Assembly: GCA_030295235.1 (NCBI GenBank)
Contig: AP026142.1
Span: 248,001-312,000, forward strand
DNA: 64,000 nucleotides
Source of the DNA: Fistulifera solaris
Lineage: Eukaryota
Direction of reading: 5' to 3'
Shown: positions 24,396 through 38,215 of the stretch, in pieces
How positions within the stretch are numbered: the stretch's first letter is position 1
Layout of the letters: the number at the start of each line of letters is the position of its first letter
Program-made: the position numbers and the translations under genes
Notes under the pieces: model-generated
Told to the model about the DNA's origin: nothing
Seen by the model: only the letters and a program-made list of their open reading frames with translations
Database searches by the model: none

Positions 24396-27300
24396 CTATT
24401 CTAGTGTTTTTAGGAGAGAAAGGATTTCATCCACTGACTTCTGCAAACGCTCCACTCGATCTTCTAAGCCTTTCAAATCCTCGACAGTCAGAGTCGAATC
24501 CCGCAAAATCATCTTAGGCTGCGGTGCTGGTTGAAAGAAACGGTATAAAAGCAAAGCAGCAATGCAGAAGCCAGCAATTGTAATGAAGGTCAACGGGAGA
24601 GCTGGTTTTCGTTCGCTGGACCTCATAGTTTCGTCAGGGCCTGTAGCATGTGATTCAGTCGGCGCTTCCGTTCCTCCAGCTTCGATACACGCTTTTCGAA
24701 CGTAATCGAACAAGTTCCGGTGCACCGCTGAAGCTTCTTCAATGGCGCTAGAACGAATCTTGCTTTTCAGGATTGTACTTTTGCGGAATGTCACGGCAAC
24801 CCCAACCTCGACGAGAATGCCATTTTGGCTGCTGCTCCGAGCTACCCACCTCACTTCCACAAAGAAGCATTCAGAGTATGGAATGCCCTCAAAATCAATA
24901 GTCATACTCATCACACATTTTTCCTGATTTTCTAACCGGCAGAATTGGGTCTGAAAATGAAAGGTGAATGCGACGATATTCTTTCAATGCTTATATGTCC
25001 TTTCTGGTATCGAATGTAGACGTACCTGCCTAACTTCCGCAACTGGTGGTCCGATGTAGAGATGAGTTTTCCTCTTCACTCTGTACTGAACGGAGCGCTT
25101 TTGATCGTATTGCTCCTTATCCGATGGGTTTTGGCATTTGGTGGGGTCCCAAGAACCCACCTCTACATCTAGACAAGTCTCCTTGAGCCACGTTTCGTAC
25201 AGAGACTTCTCCCATACTATCTCGTAGAACCGCTGCACAGATATATTATTCAGATGGCGGCTAAAAACTTGGTCCATTCGCTCTAAAATTTTGTCCGGAA
25301 AAATTGTCTTTGTCTCAATATCACCCGTAGATGTGCCTTCAACATGGCTTATCTGTCTTAGCACTTTCTCATTCTCAATAACTTTCAATTTCACCTTGGC
25401 TCTATTGACGCTGTCTGTAAGTATCTCAAAAGCCTGCTGGGCACGCAGAAATCCGTGTGTGCCAAAATCCATCGTTACCTTGCCGTCTGTGTTCTGAACA
25501 AGAACACGGATAAATTCACGGCTGCTCTTCCATGAAACTGCTTTTAATTCGAGTCTATTGATTTCCAGGTCCCATGTGTAGTGAAACGCGCTTTCCTTTC
25601 CAACTTGAAAACCAGAGGGCTGTTTCAGATAGGAAAGCTACTCCGTAAGAAATGTCCAACATCTTGTCCATATCGCCCAATGAACACGGAAAGTACATGG
25701 GTTTTACTCCTTCCGACGGTTTGTCAATATCGTGCTTATCGGTCCAAAAGTACGACAGGAAGAGGTCGGTGGTTGCCCCGCGACCAGATGCTTTTCGGTG
25801 GCGTCGTCGAGTCCTTTTCCGAAAAGTTAGCTTCTCACGTATCGAGTCATGCACTCCTAACATCCCATTGCCGTTTATGGGCAGCCCCATCCACTTACTT
25901 ATCTGCCCGTCTGTATCATCTCCACCCCCCATAGATATTGAAAGCAATTTGTCGTCTTCGTCCTGAGATCTACTCTTACTCTTAGCTACTGCCGAATCAT
26001 TCTCTCCACCCAAATATGAGCTGTCATTAAAACTAGAGTCCTCCATTGAAATGTCGCTTTCCATGCAACCCTCATCTACAAAAATTTCTTCTCCATTCTC
26101 AGAAAGTTCGTTGCTTTCATAACTTGTCAGAATTTTGGCAAGGATCGGTGTCGCAACTGTGAGTGCGTTGCTCGCAATAGCAGGGTTTTCACCATGATGT
26201 TCTCCACAGAAGTCAGGGAATTCTGCACAGTAATGAACTGCTCTGCTATTCATAGCATCGACGTGTAGCTGCGGTGAAATCTCCGAAGTATTGACCGACG
26301 AGGCGCTAAGTGTTCTCTCGCATGATGAAATTATTAGCGAACCGAGCTGTCCTATCACTGTATTCATTTCCCCCCAACCGCCTTCATCTTCTTTGTCAAA
26401 TTGAGCACTTAACCGTTCTGCGTTGTCGCGGTACTTGTCACATAAGCGCTTCACTTCTTTACTTGCGGAATCCAAGACCTGACGAGACTTAACCTCCTTC
26501 TCATCAGCTTGTTCTAAATTGTTTTGAGCCAAGCTCGCTCTGGTTGACGGGTTCAACATACTCAAAGCATGTTCTCCGCCATTTGGTAAGGCAGACAACA
26601 TAGTTGCAATATGCCTCGAAACGTGTTTGTTAACAGACGACGGGCTCGAAGCTTCACTTTCTTTGTAATCGATCGAAGAGACTCTTTCTCGCGCTTTCGC
26701 TTGCTCATCTGTCGTCAGAAGGTATAGCTGACGAGCTCTTGATTTTCTGTGCGCTGAATCGCAAAGTTGCTTGTAAAGCATCTCCTCGCTATTCGACGCA
26801 GCAGTCAGCAACTTGTCTCCATACGTGATAGTGTTGGAAATGTGCGTTCGAGATAACTGTCGCACTTCCAAGGCACAGGAACTCGCTGCATTTGCTTCAA
26901 CAAAAATGTAAGACGAAATCCCATCCAAAAGTTCCACAATATGTGTTGCATCTCGATCTTTGAGTTCCCCGCAAACTGTCTGCAAGCTTTTCATTTCGGA
27001 TTCATTCTTCAACGAAATTTCATTCAAGGTTTTACTCAAAGCATCAAACCCAGAAGAGATGTATTCGATAAAAGCAGCGAGAACACGAAAGTGCTGGACC
27101 CTAGCCGCTCGATCCGCGACCCGTGACCGAAACGTATCTCGGAGAATTCCTATCTCTTCCGGAAGTCCTAATGTTTCCGCATCCATCACTCCCGATCCTT
27201 CTTCGTAACGAGACGAGTTGCTAGACGACGATCGTCTTCGGACATGTTTGGAAATATCTCTTCTTTCTTCTTCTGCTCCTGCTATGCTCGCTACGATGTC

Positions 27301-28207
27301 TTTCTTAACACTATGTATGACCTCTTGTGCTGTTTGTTGCAGTGACTGGACTCCTAAAGCAAGTGCTGACGTCGTAAAATGCATACGATGATCTTCCAGG
27401 AGTTGCAGCGACTCGAGAGCTACTTTCTCCATCTCTCTGCATTGATCGCTCGCTGCTTCTACCCATTCCTTAAATTTTGAGTAACGAAGCTTTTGCTGTT
27501 GTAAATCTTCACACATACTCTTCAAAGAGACGGGCATATTTCTTTCACTAGTTTTTCCGTTTGCTATCCATTCTCGTGCTGCTTGTTCTGCCGCCTGCAA
27601 AGATCGATCGTAGGTTTTCGCAAGTCGTTCCGTACTTTGACGAACGAGAACGCAGGTTCGCCGACTGGCAAGATATTTTTCACGAATACCCTGCAACGTG
27701 TCCGAGTACGCTTGTAGCAAACTTTTGAACGGTATGCCGATCTCCGTTCGCAGCGAGTTGGCAAGCTTCGATGTACTACCGCTCCAAAAGACCAACGATT
27801 GTTGAACATCGGAGGCATCTCTACCAATTTCTTTCAAATACTGCCCTGCTTTTTAAGAGTGATTGTGAAAATTCATCATAAGCACGCGATACTTCGAGCA
27901 ACAAAACAGTAGCTCGGCCGTAAAGACCGGTCAATGTACGACCTCGTTCCACGAGTGCAAGAAGGACGCAACCGTGTTGCGCTTCCTTGGTTCCAGCAAC
28001 AATATCTTTACAGGGAGAGAAAACATCTGAGGAAGGGCTTCTTAGAGCAGTTGCCCACTCAATTTTTTTCTCCTTTTCATGAGAACTGTCCTCAGGAGTC
28101 GATGCGTCGCCTTTTTCTTCACTATTTTCTGTCCTTTCTTCCGTTTGCTCAGCAATACTATCGGATATTGGCCGATCCAGAGGCGTGGTCTCTATAACCT
28201 CGGGCAT
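24396..28207 (-). CDS. Tail-anchored VASt (StART-like) protein with probable GRAM domain and long N-terminal helical (BAR-like) region; intron 24951-25025, frameshifts near 25560 and 27830
   Basis: FEGIPYSECFFVEVRWVA...F.KST.LKSKI (VASt). FPCS...GVAFLSETALWFSSW (GRAM-like). C-terminal TM followed by a short coiled coil. Confidence 0.75.
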
Positions 28208-28676
28208 CTTATGTGTATGTGACGTGATTACGGCAGAGTGGATATCAAGACGCCAGAGCTGTCTGAATCACCATGGTGGTTTTGCGAGACGTCGAATTAT
28301 CATCGATGGATAAAATTCGATGACATGTTTCAGGATATTCGCGAAAGATCCGTGATCCGTGATTCGTCGAGTACATTCATTGGCTATAGTCTCAATTGTA
28401 GTTAGAGGAGAGACGACCGTATCACCGACGTATTTTCTACTGTACAGCTAAAAGAACAGAGCTAACGACACCGAAATAATAATTAATACCAGATTCTCAT
28501 TGCTTGGCGCTTTGGGATTGTGGACCGTTTTCTCACATCAAGCAATTCTTTCTTGTTCTGGTCGACCATTTGGTGTAGAGCGACAAGATTCCTATCTATG
28601 AGGCATCTTTTCTTTACGCAGGTCTCTCAGCGACTGTATGCAATATTTTCGAAACAAAAATCCTTGTCGCCAAATT

Positions 28677-30130
28677 TCATCGAATCATAAAATTGAGCGT
28701 TAGCATGCATACTGCCGGAACCGTTGCAAGAGGAGATAAATCCATGGCTGACGAAGCATTCGCTATTGTCTCGGAACCTTGATGGGATGGAGCACTCGTT
28801 CGTGTCGGCATTCCTATTGGTGCGCTCTCGGGTGTATCCGTGGGGACGACTGCTTGGTCCTCATCCGTCAAGAACCCGAATGCGTACCCAGTTGCACCGA
28901 TCGAAACAACGCTTCCAGCCAGTAATAAGCGAGTTCCGTTCGTAGAAAGCGACATAGAGGAGGGAATGAAGCCACCCGGAAAGTTGCTAAATCGCCAAAT
29001 GAAATCCGACGTCAAGGCATCCGCACGCACCAGGTCTCCACTACAAGTAAAAGAATACAACGAGGAACCATCCGGGCTTAAAATTGCCGGGATAGTCGGG
29101 CAGAGCGTGGCACGCCATAAAATACGGTCTTCAGGGATAGAATATGCTTCTGTCACTGCATTCAAGCTGTTTGCTACGTAAATAATTTTCCCATTGGGAG
29201 AGATCAGCGGACTGAATTTTGAAGCTATTCCAGCGAGTCAAGTTAGATAGGGCATGGTTGAAAGCGACTTCAAAAATGCGTTTACTTACCGTCCGCTATT
29301 TGATCCGTCACAATTTCAGCTGGAAAGAAAAGAAAGTCAGCTTGGCTTCGATACAAGCCACGGCTGTCACCCGTCCGTAACGTATATACATACTGTTGAT
29401 CCGGGCTAATTACCAAGCCGACATTGGTCGTTTCTCCTAGTATTGGTCCACTAGATCCTGTCAAAACACCGGAAGTTAGGTTGTGGACGGTCAATGGGTA
29501 TCCTTTTTCCGTCGCCTGGTTCACAGCGAAAAGAAAGTCGTCTGTGGCAGCCACTTGGTCGGTCTTCAAGTCCGTCGCAGACCATAGCATGCGACCAGTG
29601 GGATCGAGGACGACGATCCCGTCCGTCATACTGCAATAAACAATAGTATCGGACGTGGAATTCTTGGACTGAGGTACAATTAAGGGTGGCACTCCCTTGT
29701 TGGATTGACGGGCCAAACTGTTCGACCACACTACACCCAGGCTCTCAGTCGACACACCATGAATTCCAACATTTTTTTCCCGATCGGCCCGAAAAGGACT
29801 CACCACCAACATCCTTTCGTCGCTCGTGAGCGAGCAAGCGCCCACTTTGCTGCGACCCGACGTAATCAGCTTCGAATTGACAATTTCACCCGTCTTGGAC
29901 TTCATTTTATATACCCATGATTCCGATGAGCTACCGACGCCGATGGGACGATTGATTGTCAAATAGATACTACCATTAGCATCTCCTGCGATCCCTTCAA
30001 TACTTGAATCTTTGATGCTCGCGTTAAAATAGATTTTTGGAGATGGTAATCCCTGGCCCGACGTGACTGGAATCGGAAGACTGAGAACGCCGACGAAGAA
30101 ATGAAGGATGTTCGGTATCCTCGTTAACAT
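28677..30130 (-). CDS. Secreted PQQ/beta-propeller-like protein, possibly GPI-anchored (intron 29225-29289)
   Basis: Signal peptide, repeated G.V/L.W and ISPDG/PNG blade motifs, Pro/Thr stalk and hydrophobic C-terminus. The splice restores an open frame. Confidence 0.7.
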
Positions 30131-30656
30131 GGTGCAGACGTGTCGTTGTGTTTCGTCGGGCGAGATGAAAGGTCAGTTGTCGTGTTTGCTTTTGCCGGCA
30201 TGCACCTGAGTTACCTTGAATGAATACTTGTTTGTCTCTTCCAATCGCTCTTGTTCTTGAGGCCTTAACGCAATAATTGTAATGTCTTGTTATTCGGTGC
30301 CTTTTTGTTGGCATCGGCATTATTCGGTTTGTATAATCGTCCCTTCAAGGAAAATACTTCAATGCGCACTGTATTTGCTACTGTAAAGCAGTATCGCACT
30401 GGTGGCTTTTGAGTTCCTGATAAATCAACCACGGTACTCATATACAACATACTACGTAGATCGGTACAACATAGGCTTTCAGTCACAAAAGCTATGTCAT
30501 CATACTTCTTGACGTCATTCTCCTCTACCATGGGCCTTCCAAGAGACAGTTCAAATACATGGTATCATTTATTTTGTTACAATTAGTCGAATTATCTGAA
30601 TTATCAGCGCTCGTCCAATTTTTCTTTTTCTCGTTAAGACCCGTGACCACCAAAAA

Positions 30657-31620
30657 TTAACCAAGCAAGGTTGATTTGTATCGAAGCCCGTAACCGTCTT
30701 CGTACACACCCAGTGCTCCCGCACGAAGAGCCCAAGCGTTCTTCCCGGTACCACTGACAACTTGCTTCATATCGCGAAGAAAAATGAGCTGCTGCTGCAG
30801 ATCTTTCGGGATATGCGGGCATGTGTCGCAAAGGTGCGTATTGGACATGCTCAATGCCATCTGGTACACTCCCTCGAGTTTCGATGGGAAATAGACCGCT
30901 CCTCTCGTGCGCTTGTCCGGTGGTACAAGCGCGCAGTGCATACAGCGGATACCCACTTGCCCTACGACAATGGGTTTGTTTCGTCCTTGTGCTGCCGCCC
31001 GGCTTTCCTGCAATAATTGAAATGTAAGATGACGATGACGACTCATAAAGAATTTCCCCCAAATTTTGAATTATTCTCACTTCCTCATTTGCTTCGAAAA
31101 ATTGAATTTGTTTTCGAAGGAGTACATGATAGTCTATTAGGAACGCAGTAATGGAGGCACGTGAGGAATCCGTCTTGCAATCGCACTTTGAACTTAATCA
31201 TAAGTTGAGCACTTACCAGTCAAATACTTCCCATCGCACGATAGATAAAGCATATTTGGAGGTCGTCCTGTTGTAAAATAATGGAATAAAACAGGATTAG
31301 CAAGTAAAAAACGGCGCGAGGACCAGCAACAAAATCGACGATCTCAACAGTGTAGTTTTCCTGGTATTTGATTGACAATGCCCAGTGATGATCCGTCTTT
31401 TACATGAATCATGGAGCAGTAATTCAAACTATTGGCGCGCACCTGTCATTATATGTTCGATGGATGGAGTAATAACGCTGGGAGATTCCTCGGGCTCGTT
31501 TTCAGTCAAAGCCAGCCATTCATCATCGGCTAGCGCCATCATATCCTGTTCCATTTCATTATCCAGGGGTGGCTCGGTGTCCATCTGCATCTGGTTACCT
31601 TCATACATTGCAGCTTCCAT
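30657..31620 (-). CDS. Diatom-type Cys/His-domain protein (GQVGIRCxHC family), 4 exons (31443-31620, 31217-31267, 31081-31133, 30657-31007)
   Basis: Three GT-AG introns give an open 210-aa product containing LLRKQIQFFEA...QGRNKPIVVGQVGIRCMHC...GAVYFP...HLCDTCPHIP. Confidence 0.85.
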
Positions 31621-32323
31621 GATTGAATCGATTATAATATGATTTCGGGGTCTGTCTTCGATCGGGAAGGTTTTTGTTCACCACAATCAAAGCCGCAAAT
31701 GAACGCTTTTGGCCGCCTGCGGATGCGGATGCGAACTACGCCGTTTTCTTTCGGCATCGCGGACTTTTTTGGCGCGTGGGGCAATTGTAAGTTTATAAGC
31801 AACCAATTAGAGTCATTTTGTGAGACTATTTTTTTAAAGTTGTGACTTCTTTATCATTAGATCTACGAAATTCGGAGTACATACTTGATATAATTACACT
31901 AAGTACTAAGTACGAAGTGTTGGGCACTACTTCAAATAAGAGACAGTTTAGATTTTAGATTTAGAATTTGTCGAGATTCGAGCGTCGAGCTTCGAGCGAC
32001 TAGCAGGGTGCTACTACTGTTTGAACTACAAAGAACACAGATGTCAGAAAGCGAAGTGATAAAGCTGTTTTTGACGTCACATATATGTAAATTTCAAGTA
32101 AACGTCAAACGAACAATTCTGGCCGCCGCGCCGCCGCCGGATTGCGCGCGTCTGTCATTCGTTCACCAAATTGACTCGATCCTGCTCGATCCGACGATTT
32201 TTTTCAAACAAACAAAAAAAAAAGAAACTCTCTCTCATCACGCACCCGATAGCATGTATCACGCCCTGGAAGCAGGCAATCAATCCCACAACTGCCTTTT
32301 TCTCTCCACTCGTTCACACAGCC

Positions 32324-35300
32324 ATGTCATTTCCCACTGAAGACTTGGTGCCGAAGAAGGAAACGAATGTGTGGAGCTTCTTGCAGCAAAATCCTCAGTA
32401 TGATGGACGAAATGTCCGAATTGGCATTTTGGATACAGGCATTGACCCTGGAGCCTCGGGACTGTTTTACATGGCCGATAATGTGACACCCAAACTCGTG
32501 GATATGGTGGACTGCACGGGTTCCGGGGATGTGGACGTATCTTACACGAGTACGGCAGTGTGGGTCGAAGATCACTGGGAAGTCACTGGTTTGTCGGGGA
32601 GGACCTTGCAACTAAGCGGAGACTGGACGTTTGTTGCTTTTCCCAATGGAAAGAAGACTAATAAGAAAAAGAAGAATGAAGATGATTTAGACATAAAATC
32701 GGCTGAGAAGGACGAAACGACGACCAAAACTGCTCCAGTGCGTCTCGGTATCAAACGAGCCTACGAACTCTTTCCCGAGCGGTTGACGACTCGCATCAAG
32801 GAAGACCGCAAACGAATTTTTCAAAAACACCTGGACAAGTATATCGCGCAAGTACGGGGTGAACTGACTACTTGTAAAACCAAAACGCCGGAACAAACGA
32901 AAATTCGTGACGATCTCCAATTACAACTGGATGTGCTAACCTCCACGGATTGGATCTCCGACCCTGGTCCCCTATGGGATTGTGTCGTATTTTATGACGG
33001 TGTGGATTATCGTGTTGTCATTGATGGCGAGGAAACGGGGGATTTGAAGCAATTCAAGCCCATGACGTCATTTGCGAAAGAGCGTCAGTTTGGAACTTTC
33101 AGCGTGGTGGATCAGTTCAATTACGGCGTTAATTTCTACAACGACGGCAGTATTCTTAGTATTGTGACAGACGCCAGTCCTCACGGAACTCACGTGGCAG
33201 GGATCGCGGCCGCCGCAGAAGGGGAACGCAGTGGTGTGGCTCCAGGTGCGGAACTTGTATCTCTCAAAATTGGCGACTCGCGATTGGGGTCGATGGAAAC
33301 AGGAACATCTTTGACGAGAGCCATGATCGAAGCTGTTCGGCTCAAGTGTGATATTGTCAATTTATCGTACGGAGAAGGTTGCAAGATACCGAACAGTGGG
33401 CGGTTCGTCGAGCTAGCGGAGGACTTGGTTTGGAAGCACAATATTGTTTTCATTGCAGCTGCAGGAAACAATGGCCCTGCTCTTACGACTCTCGGAGCAC
33501 CTGGTGGAACAACATCGGCAATTATTGGTGTTTCAGCGTATGTTTCCCCTGAGATGATGAAAGCATCTTATGGCTTCGTCAGCCCTAGAGATGAAAGTCA
33601 TATTGGCACAACCTACACATGGAGCAGCGCAGGCCCGACTGCAGATGGAGACTTCGGCAATAATATAACGGCACCTGGAGGAGCAATCACTTCTGTGTCC
33701 AACTGGTGTTTACAGAAATCGCAATTAATGAATGGCACGTCGATGGCGTCACCACATGCAACTGGGTGCGCGGCTTTGCTAATATCTGCTTGTAAAGCGG
33801 AGAACATTCCTGTAACACCAGAACGAATCAAACGCGCATTCGAAAATACAGCCTCGCAGCTGCCACATTTATCTGTAGTCCAACAGGGCTGCGGTATCAT
33901 TCAAGTTGATAAGGCTCTCGAATACCTTCGAGAACACAAATCTGATGCTACGCAGGACGTTTTCTACGCCGTGACGGTAAACAATAACGGGAGAGGAATT
34001 TATTTGCGGCAAATGGCACACTCTCTCGCTCGTCAAAGCTTTTCCGTTGAAATCGATCCCAGGTTTGAACGAGAGGATAGAGTGAGCAAAGACGTTCAAC
34101 AACGGAAACTTGGTTTTGAAATGGAATTCAAGTTGGAGGCGTCGCAACCTTGGGTCACAGCACCGGATTACTTGATGTTGATGAACAATGGAAGATCATT
34201 CAATGTTGTAGTAGATCCAACTAATCTTGATCCTGGTCTGCACACAGCAATGGTTCTAGGTTATGCCAAAAGATCGGAAAAAATTGAACCCATGTTTCGT
34301 TTGCCTATCACAGTGACAAAGCCGCATCCAGTCGAACGCCGTATTGAACTGGGAGTGCTCAGTTTTGAACCAGCAGAAATAAAGCGATTTTTTGTTGTAC
34401 CTCCTCGAGGGGCGACATGGATGGATATTACGCTCCGTGATCACCGCGAAGATTCTGACGTATCTTCAAGACTTTTCGTCCTGCATGCAGTACAACTTCT
34501 GCCGCACTTTGCGTGGAGAGATCATGAGAAGCACGTTTCGCTCGCTTTATTACCCAATCAAACCAATGTCACTAGCATAGCTGTGGAAGATGGTGTAACA
34601 TGTGAGATTTGTGTGGCGCGATACTGGTCAACAATCGGCGACACCCAAATCGATGTTTCAATTCAATTTCGAGGCGTGCGGCCTGTGCCCGACTGCGTCA
34701 ATATACGTGCAGGAACTCATGGTTCTTTGCTTCGACTTCATAATGATTTACAAGATGAAGCCGTTAACCCAAACGCGAGTTTGAATAAGTGGATGACTCC
34801 CATTCGCCCGAAGACAGAATCAATGGCTTCACCCCTTGGCGTACGTGATACACTGCCATCTTGTGAGCGTCAGATCTATGAGCTTGTGCTTGATTATGAA
34901 TTTGAGCAGGAAGAGAAAGGATCGTTCACTGCTCGCGCGTATCCCTTGCAGGATGTACTTTACGAGTCAGCCTTCGAAAGCCAGATGATGCTTTTCTTCG
35001 ATGCGGATAAGATGTATCTGGGAGCCTCTGATGCTTACCCTAGGGAAATCACCGCTTCGAAGGGGACCGTATTATTGCGAATCCAAATCCGTCACGATGA
35101 TCCTGTCAAGCTGTCAGCCTTGAAAGAAATGGTTGTTTGGATCGAGAGAAAGATTGAAAAGGAGATATCGCTCTCAGTTTTTCCTACAAAAGAAGCGTCG
35201 GTGAAGGGGTGCGGCTCGTTCAAAAAGACGACTGTACGTACGGGATCTTCCGTGGCAGTGTACATTGCAGAGCCGCCCCAGACAAAGTTGCCTTCTGGCT

Positions 35301-36170
35301 GCAAAGCAGGTGACATACTATCAGGCATTGTCACCTTTGGCGGTGAGAGCAGCAGTGCGGCAGGCTCTGGAAAGCGGCCTGGCGGGTATGCTATTTCGTA
35401 TTTTGTTGGTCCCAAGTCAAAAAAGCCATCCAATGAAAGCGATGTTCCCGAGCCCAAGGATGAACGAACGCCCGAAGAGAAAATGGCGGAAGCAATTCGG
35501 GACTTGAAAGTTGCCCACCTCGGCAAAGCGATCAAACAAGACGAAGATGAGGAAATATTCACAAGAATGTTTGCTTCGATTCAGCAGGAGTATCCTGACC
35601 ATCTTCCTTTGTATGTTGCAAAGCTTAGGTATACTGATGGAAATAAACGACGGGCCGAACGGCTTGCAGGGGTGGTGGGCGCTTGCGATGAAATAATATC
35701 ACGAATAGCGGAGCACGAGCTAGCATTGCACTTTGGGTGCAAAATCGATACCGACGATCCAAAAAGCCGTCAAGGAGCGCGAAGATATGAAAGAAAAGAA
35801 GTCATTCTTGATTGAAGCACTGGTACGAAAGACGCTGGCGTACGCTGATATGGAGACAAAGGACGCAGGCGAAAAATTTGATGCTACCTTGCAGCATTTA
35901 AAGCTTTGGGCTGATGTCGAGTCCTCAGATAAGTATGCTACTCTGTTTCTCGTTCGTGAAACCCGAGCGAGCAGGTATGGAAGCGTGCTCAAAACAATCA
36001 ACAAACTTCTTACAAAGGACGCCAAAGACGACGCTATCAGGCCACTGAGTAAAGGTGAATTGTTCACACGTCGTTCTGACGCATTCGAGAAACTTGGGTT
36101 CACTTTACTCAAGGAATATGACCGATCAAACCGTGTGGTTGCTGCGCCGAAATCTTACATGTTGTTTTAA
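32324..36170 (+). CDS. TPP2: Tripeptidyl-peptidase II (frameshift near 35763)
   Basis: FP...LVPKKET, GILDTGIDP, HGTHVAGI, LKIGDSRLGSMETG, MNGTSMASP, and the long TPPII C-terminal region. Confidence 0.96.
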
Positions 36171-36225
36171 GACTCACCTGGATCAGTGTAAGACTGTACA
36201 AAAAAGAACTTTATCTATTTTAGTA

Positions 36226-37766
36226 TTACATACATCGTCTAGAATTGCACTGCATGCTGCAGCATTGAAGGTTGATAAGGCAGCGTTGCCCAGTGTCTCC
36301 TCGAAGAAGGCAAGTACTGCGCGAATCATCGTTATAGCATCTCTGTTTTCTCGCAATGCTATTGGCTCGCTTACAGATGTGCCCCTTACAGCAATCCGAA
36401 TCCCGCAGACAGTCTCGTCCCCACATGTCATCCAGACATACGGGCCCTAATGGCTCCAGCGAAACAGGGATGTGCGCCAAGCGATTGTTGTCGAAAATGC
36501 CCATACCACTGATCACATCCACTTTTGTGTGGTTAAGGAGTACTTCTTTCACATCCATCGGATCCACTCCCCTTTCCAAATGCAAAGCCACAATCCCTGA
36601 AACATGTGGCGCGGCGAACGAAGTTCCTTTCAAGGTAGCGGTTCCCGAAACCCCGTTTCCACCAATACTGGCGGAAGTGATACCATCACCAGGTGCCCAC
36701 AAGTCCACACACGGACCATGATTGGAGAAAGAAGCCCGTGCATCCTGTTTTGTGGTAGCTCCTACCGAAATACTCAAGGAAGACGCCGCGTAGGTTGAAC
36801 AAGCGTTGTTGAAACCGTTGCCGGCCGCCGCCACAATGACGGCACCCGAATCGACGACTCGTCGCTGCGCATCTTCCAGGGCTTGCGAAAATTCTCCCTG
36901 AAAGGACATGTTGATGACACGTTTCCCCGTCTCGGAAGCAACATAGTCCAATGCAGCGAGAATGGCACTTTTTGGACTAATCAAAAAGTAAGGCACAGAT
37001 CGATCGACATTTCAACGGATCGAGAGCCAAAACGTACCACGACCCGTTTCGACACACTTTCAAGGCTTTGAGATGAATGTTTTTGGCGATTCCATACGTC
37101 GTTCCACCAATGGTACCGGCCACATGTGTACCGTACCCGGTATCATCTTCACAGGCAGTGTCGTCGATAAAGTTTTGCAAGCACGCGGCGCGACCCAGAA
37201 ATTCCGCATGTTGAACGAAAATTCCGGAATCGAGTATATATGCACTCACCCCTCGACCCGTGTATTCTAAAAACAATAATGACAAAGTGAGAGGACATTG
37301 CCTAATATGTGCGAGATGGACCCGTTTTTCCTAAGACTGTCGTACCGTACGTGTACGAGTTGGATAAAGGTAATTCGTCTTGATCCACTCGATCCAGTCC
37401 CCAAGGAGGGACGTCTTGCTTTTGGGAAAAGGCCGTCGTGTATTCTGTGTTCTAATGGAAAAGAAAAATCATGAGGAAAAAAGCGAAGCACAAAGCATGT
37501 GCCAAGGACGTACCTGTTCGATAAACGCCACGGCATCATCGTCAAGAAGATCCGTAAGCTCTTCTTGCGACAGCTCAACAAGAAACCAAGGCTGTCTCTC
37601 GACGGTGGACGTTCGTAAATTGTTACGTGATGGTTGGAGGACCACAATATATTCATTCGTTAGGATCGTGTCAGCGACGGCCCTCCGTAGTTTGGGGTGT
37701 TCCTCTTGCGCGCCAGAAAGATAAAAAAAGCCACAAGACACAATAAAATAGAAGACATGGTATCAT
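36226..37766 (-). pseudogene. Secreted S8A subtilisin (proteinase K/aqualysin-like), disrupted or catalytically altered copy
   Basis: I9-like propeptide, WGLDRVDQ, YILDSGI, GYGTHVAG (catalytic His replaced by Tyr), VAAAGN, GTSFAAPHV, Cys-rich tail. Two introns and several frame breaks. Confidence 0.7.
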
Positions 37767-38041
37767 TTGCTGAGAATGGAATGATATAAAGTGCTTTCCC
37801 AAGGGAAACACGGTTGGTTGTCGACGCGAGACAAGGTGGAAAACAAGTGGCGTAATGTATTGTGTTTGTTTGGGTTTTCTCTTTCGAGCGAAACGGAGGA
37901 GAAACTGATGACCTTTGCCGTGTTCCGCGTGCTACTCACATTACGCCCCCAAAAGGCCCAACAAGAAAGCTATTGCAGTCGAAGAGGAAGAGTGCTGTAA
38001 CAAAGAAGATTGTTTATCTAAAAAATAAATCATAGAATGCC

Positions 38042-38115
38042 GCTCCCGTAGCTCAGCTGGTTAGAGCGTGGGTCTAATAAACCCAAGGTCGTGTGTTCGA
38101 GCCACATCGGGAGTA
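38042..38115 (+). tRNA. tRNA-Ile (anticodon AAT)
   Basis: Acceptor GCTCCCG/CGGGAGT, D-arm GCTC..GAGC, anticodon arm TGGGT-CTAATAA-ACCCA, T-loop TTCGAGC, followed by a T-run Pol III terminator. Confidence 0.96.
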
Positions 38116-38215
38116 CGTTTTTCTTTTGAGAATTTCCTGTCATTTCATGATAAGTATTCATTCCATTACAAAAGTTTGAACCTCGTCTAACTTTTATACA
38201 TCCCGCTACAGCATC

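Noticed and set aside
30265..30531. 88-aa minus-strand ORF
   Set aside because: No motif or splice support.
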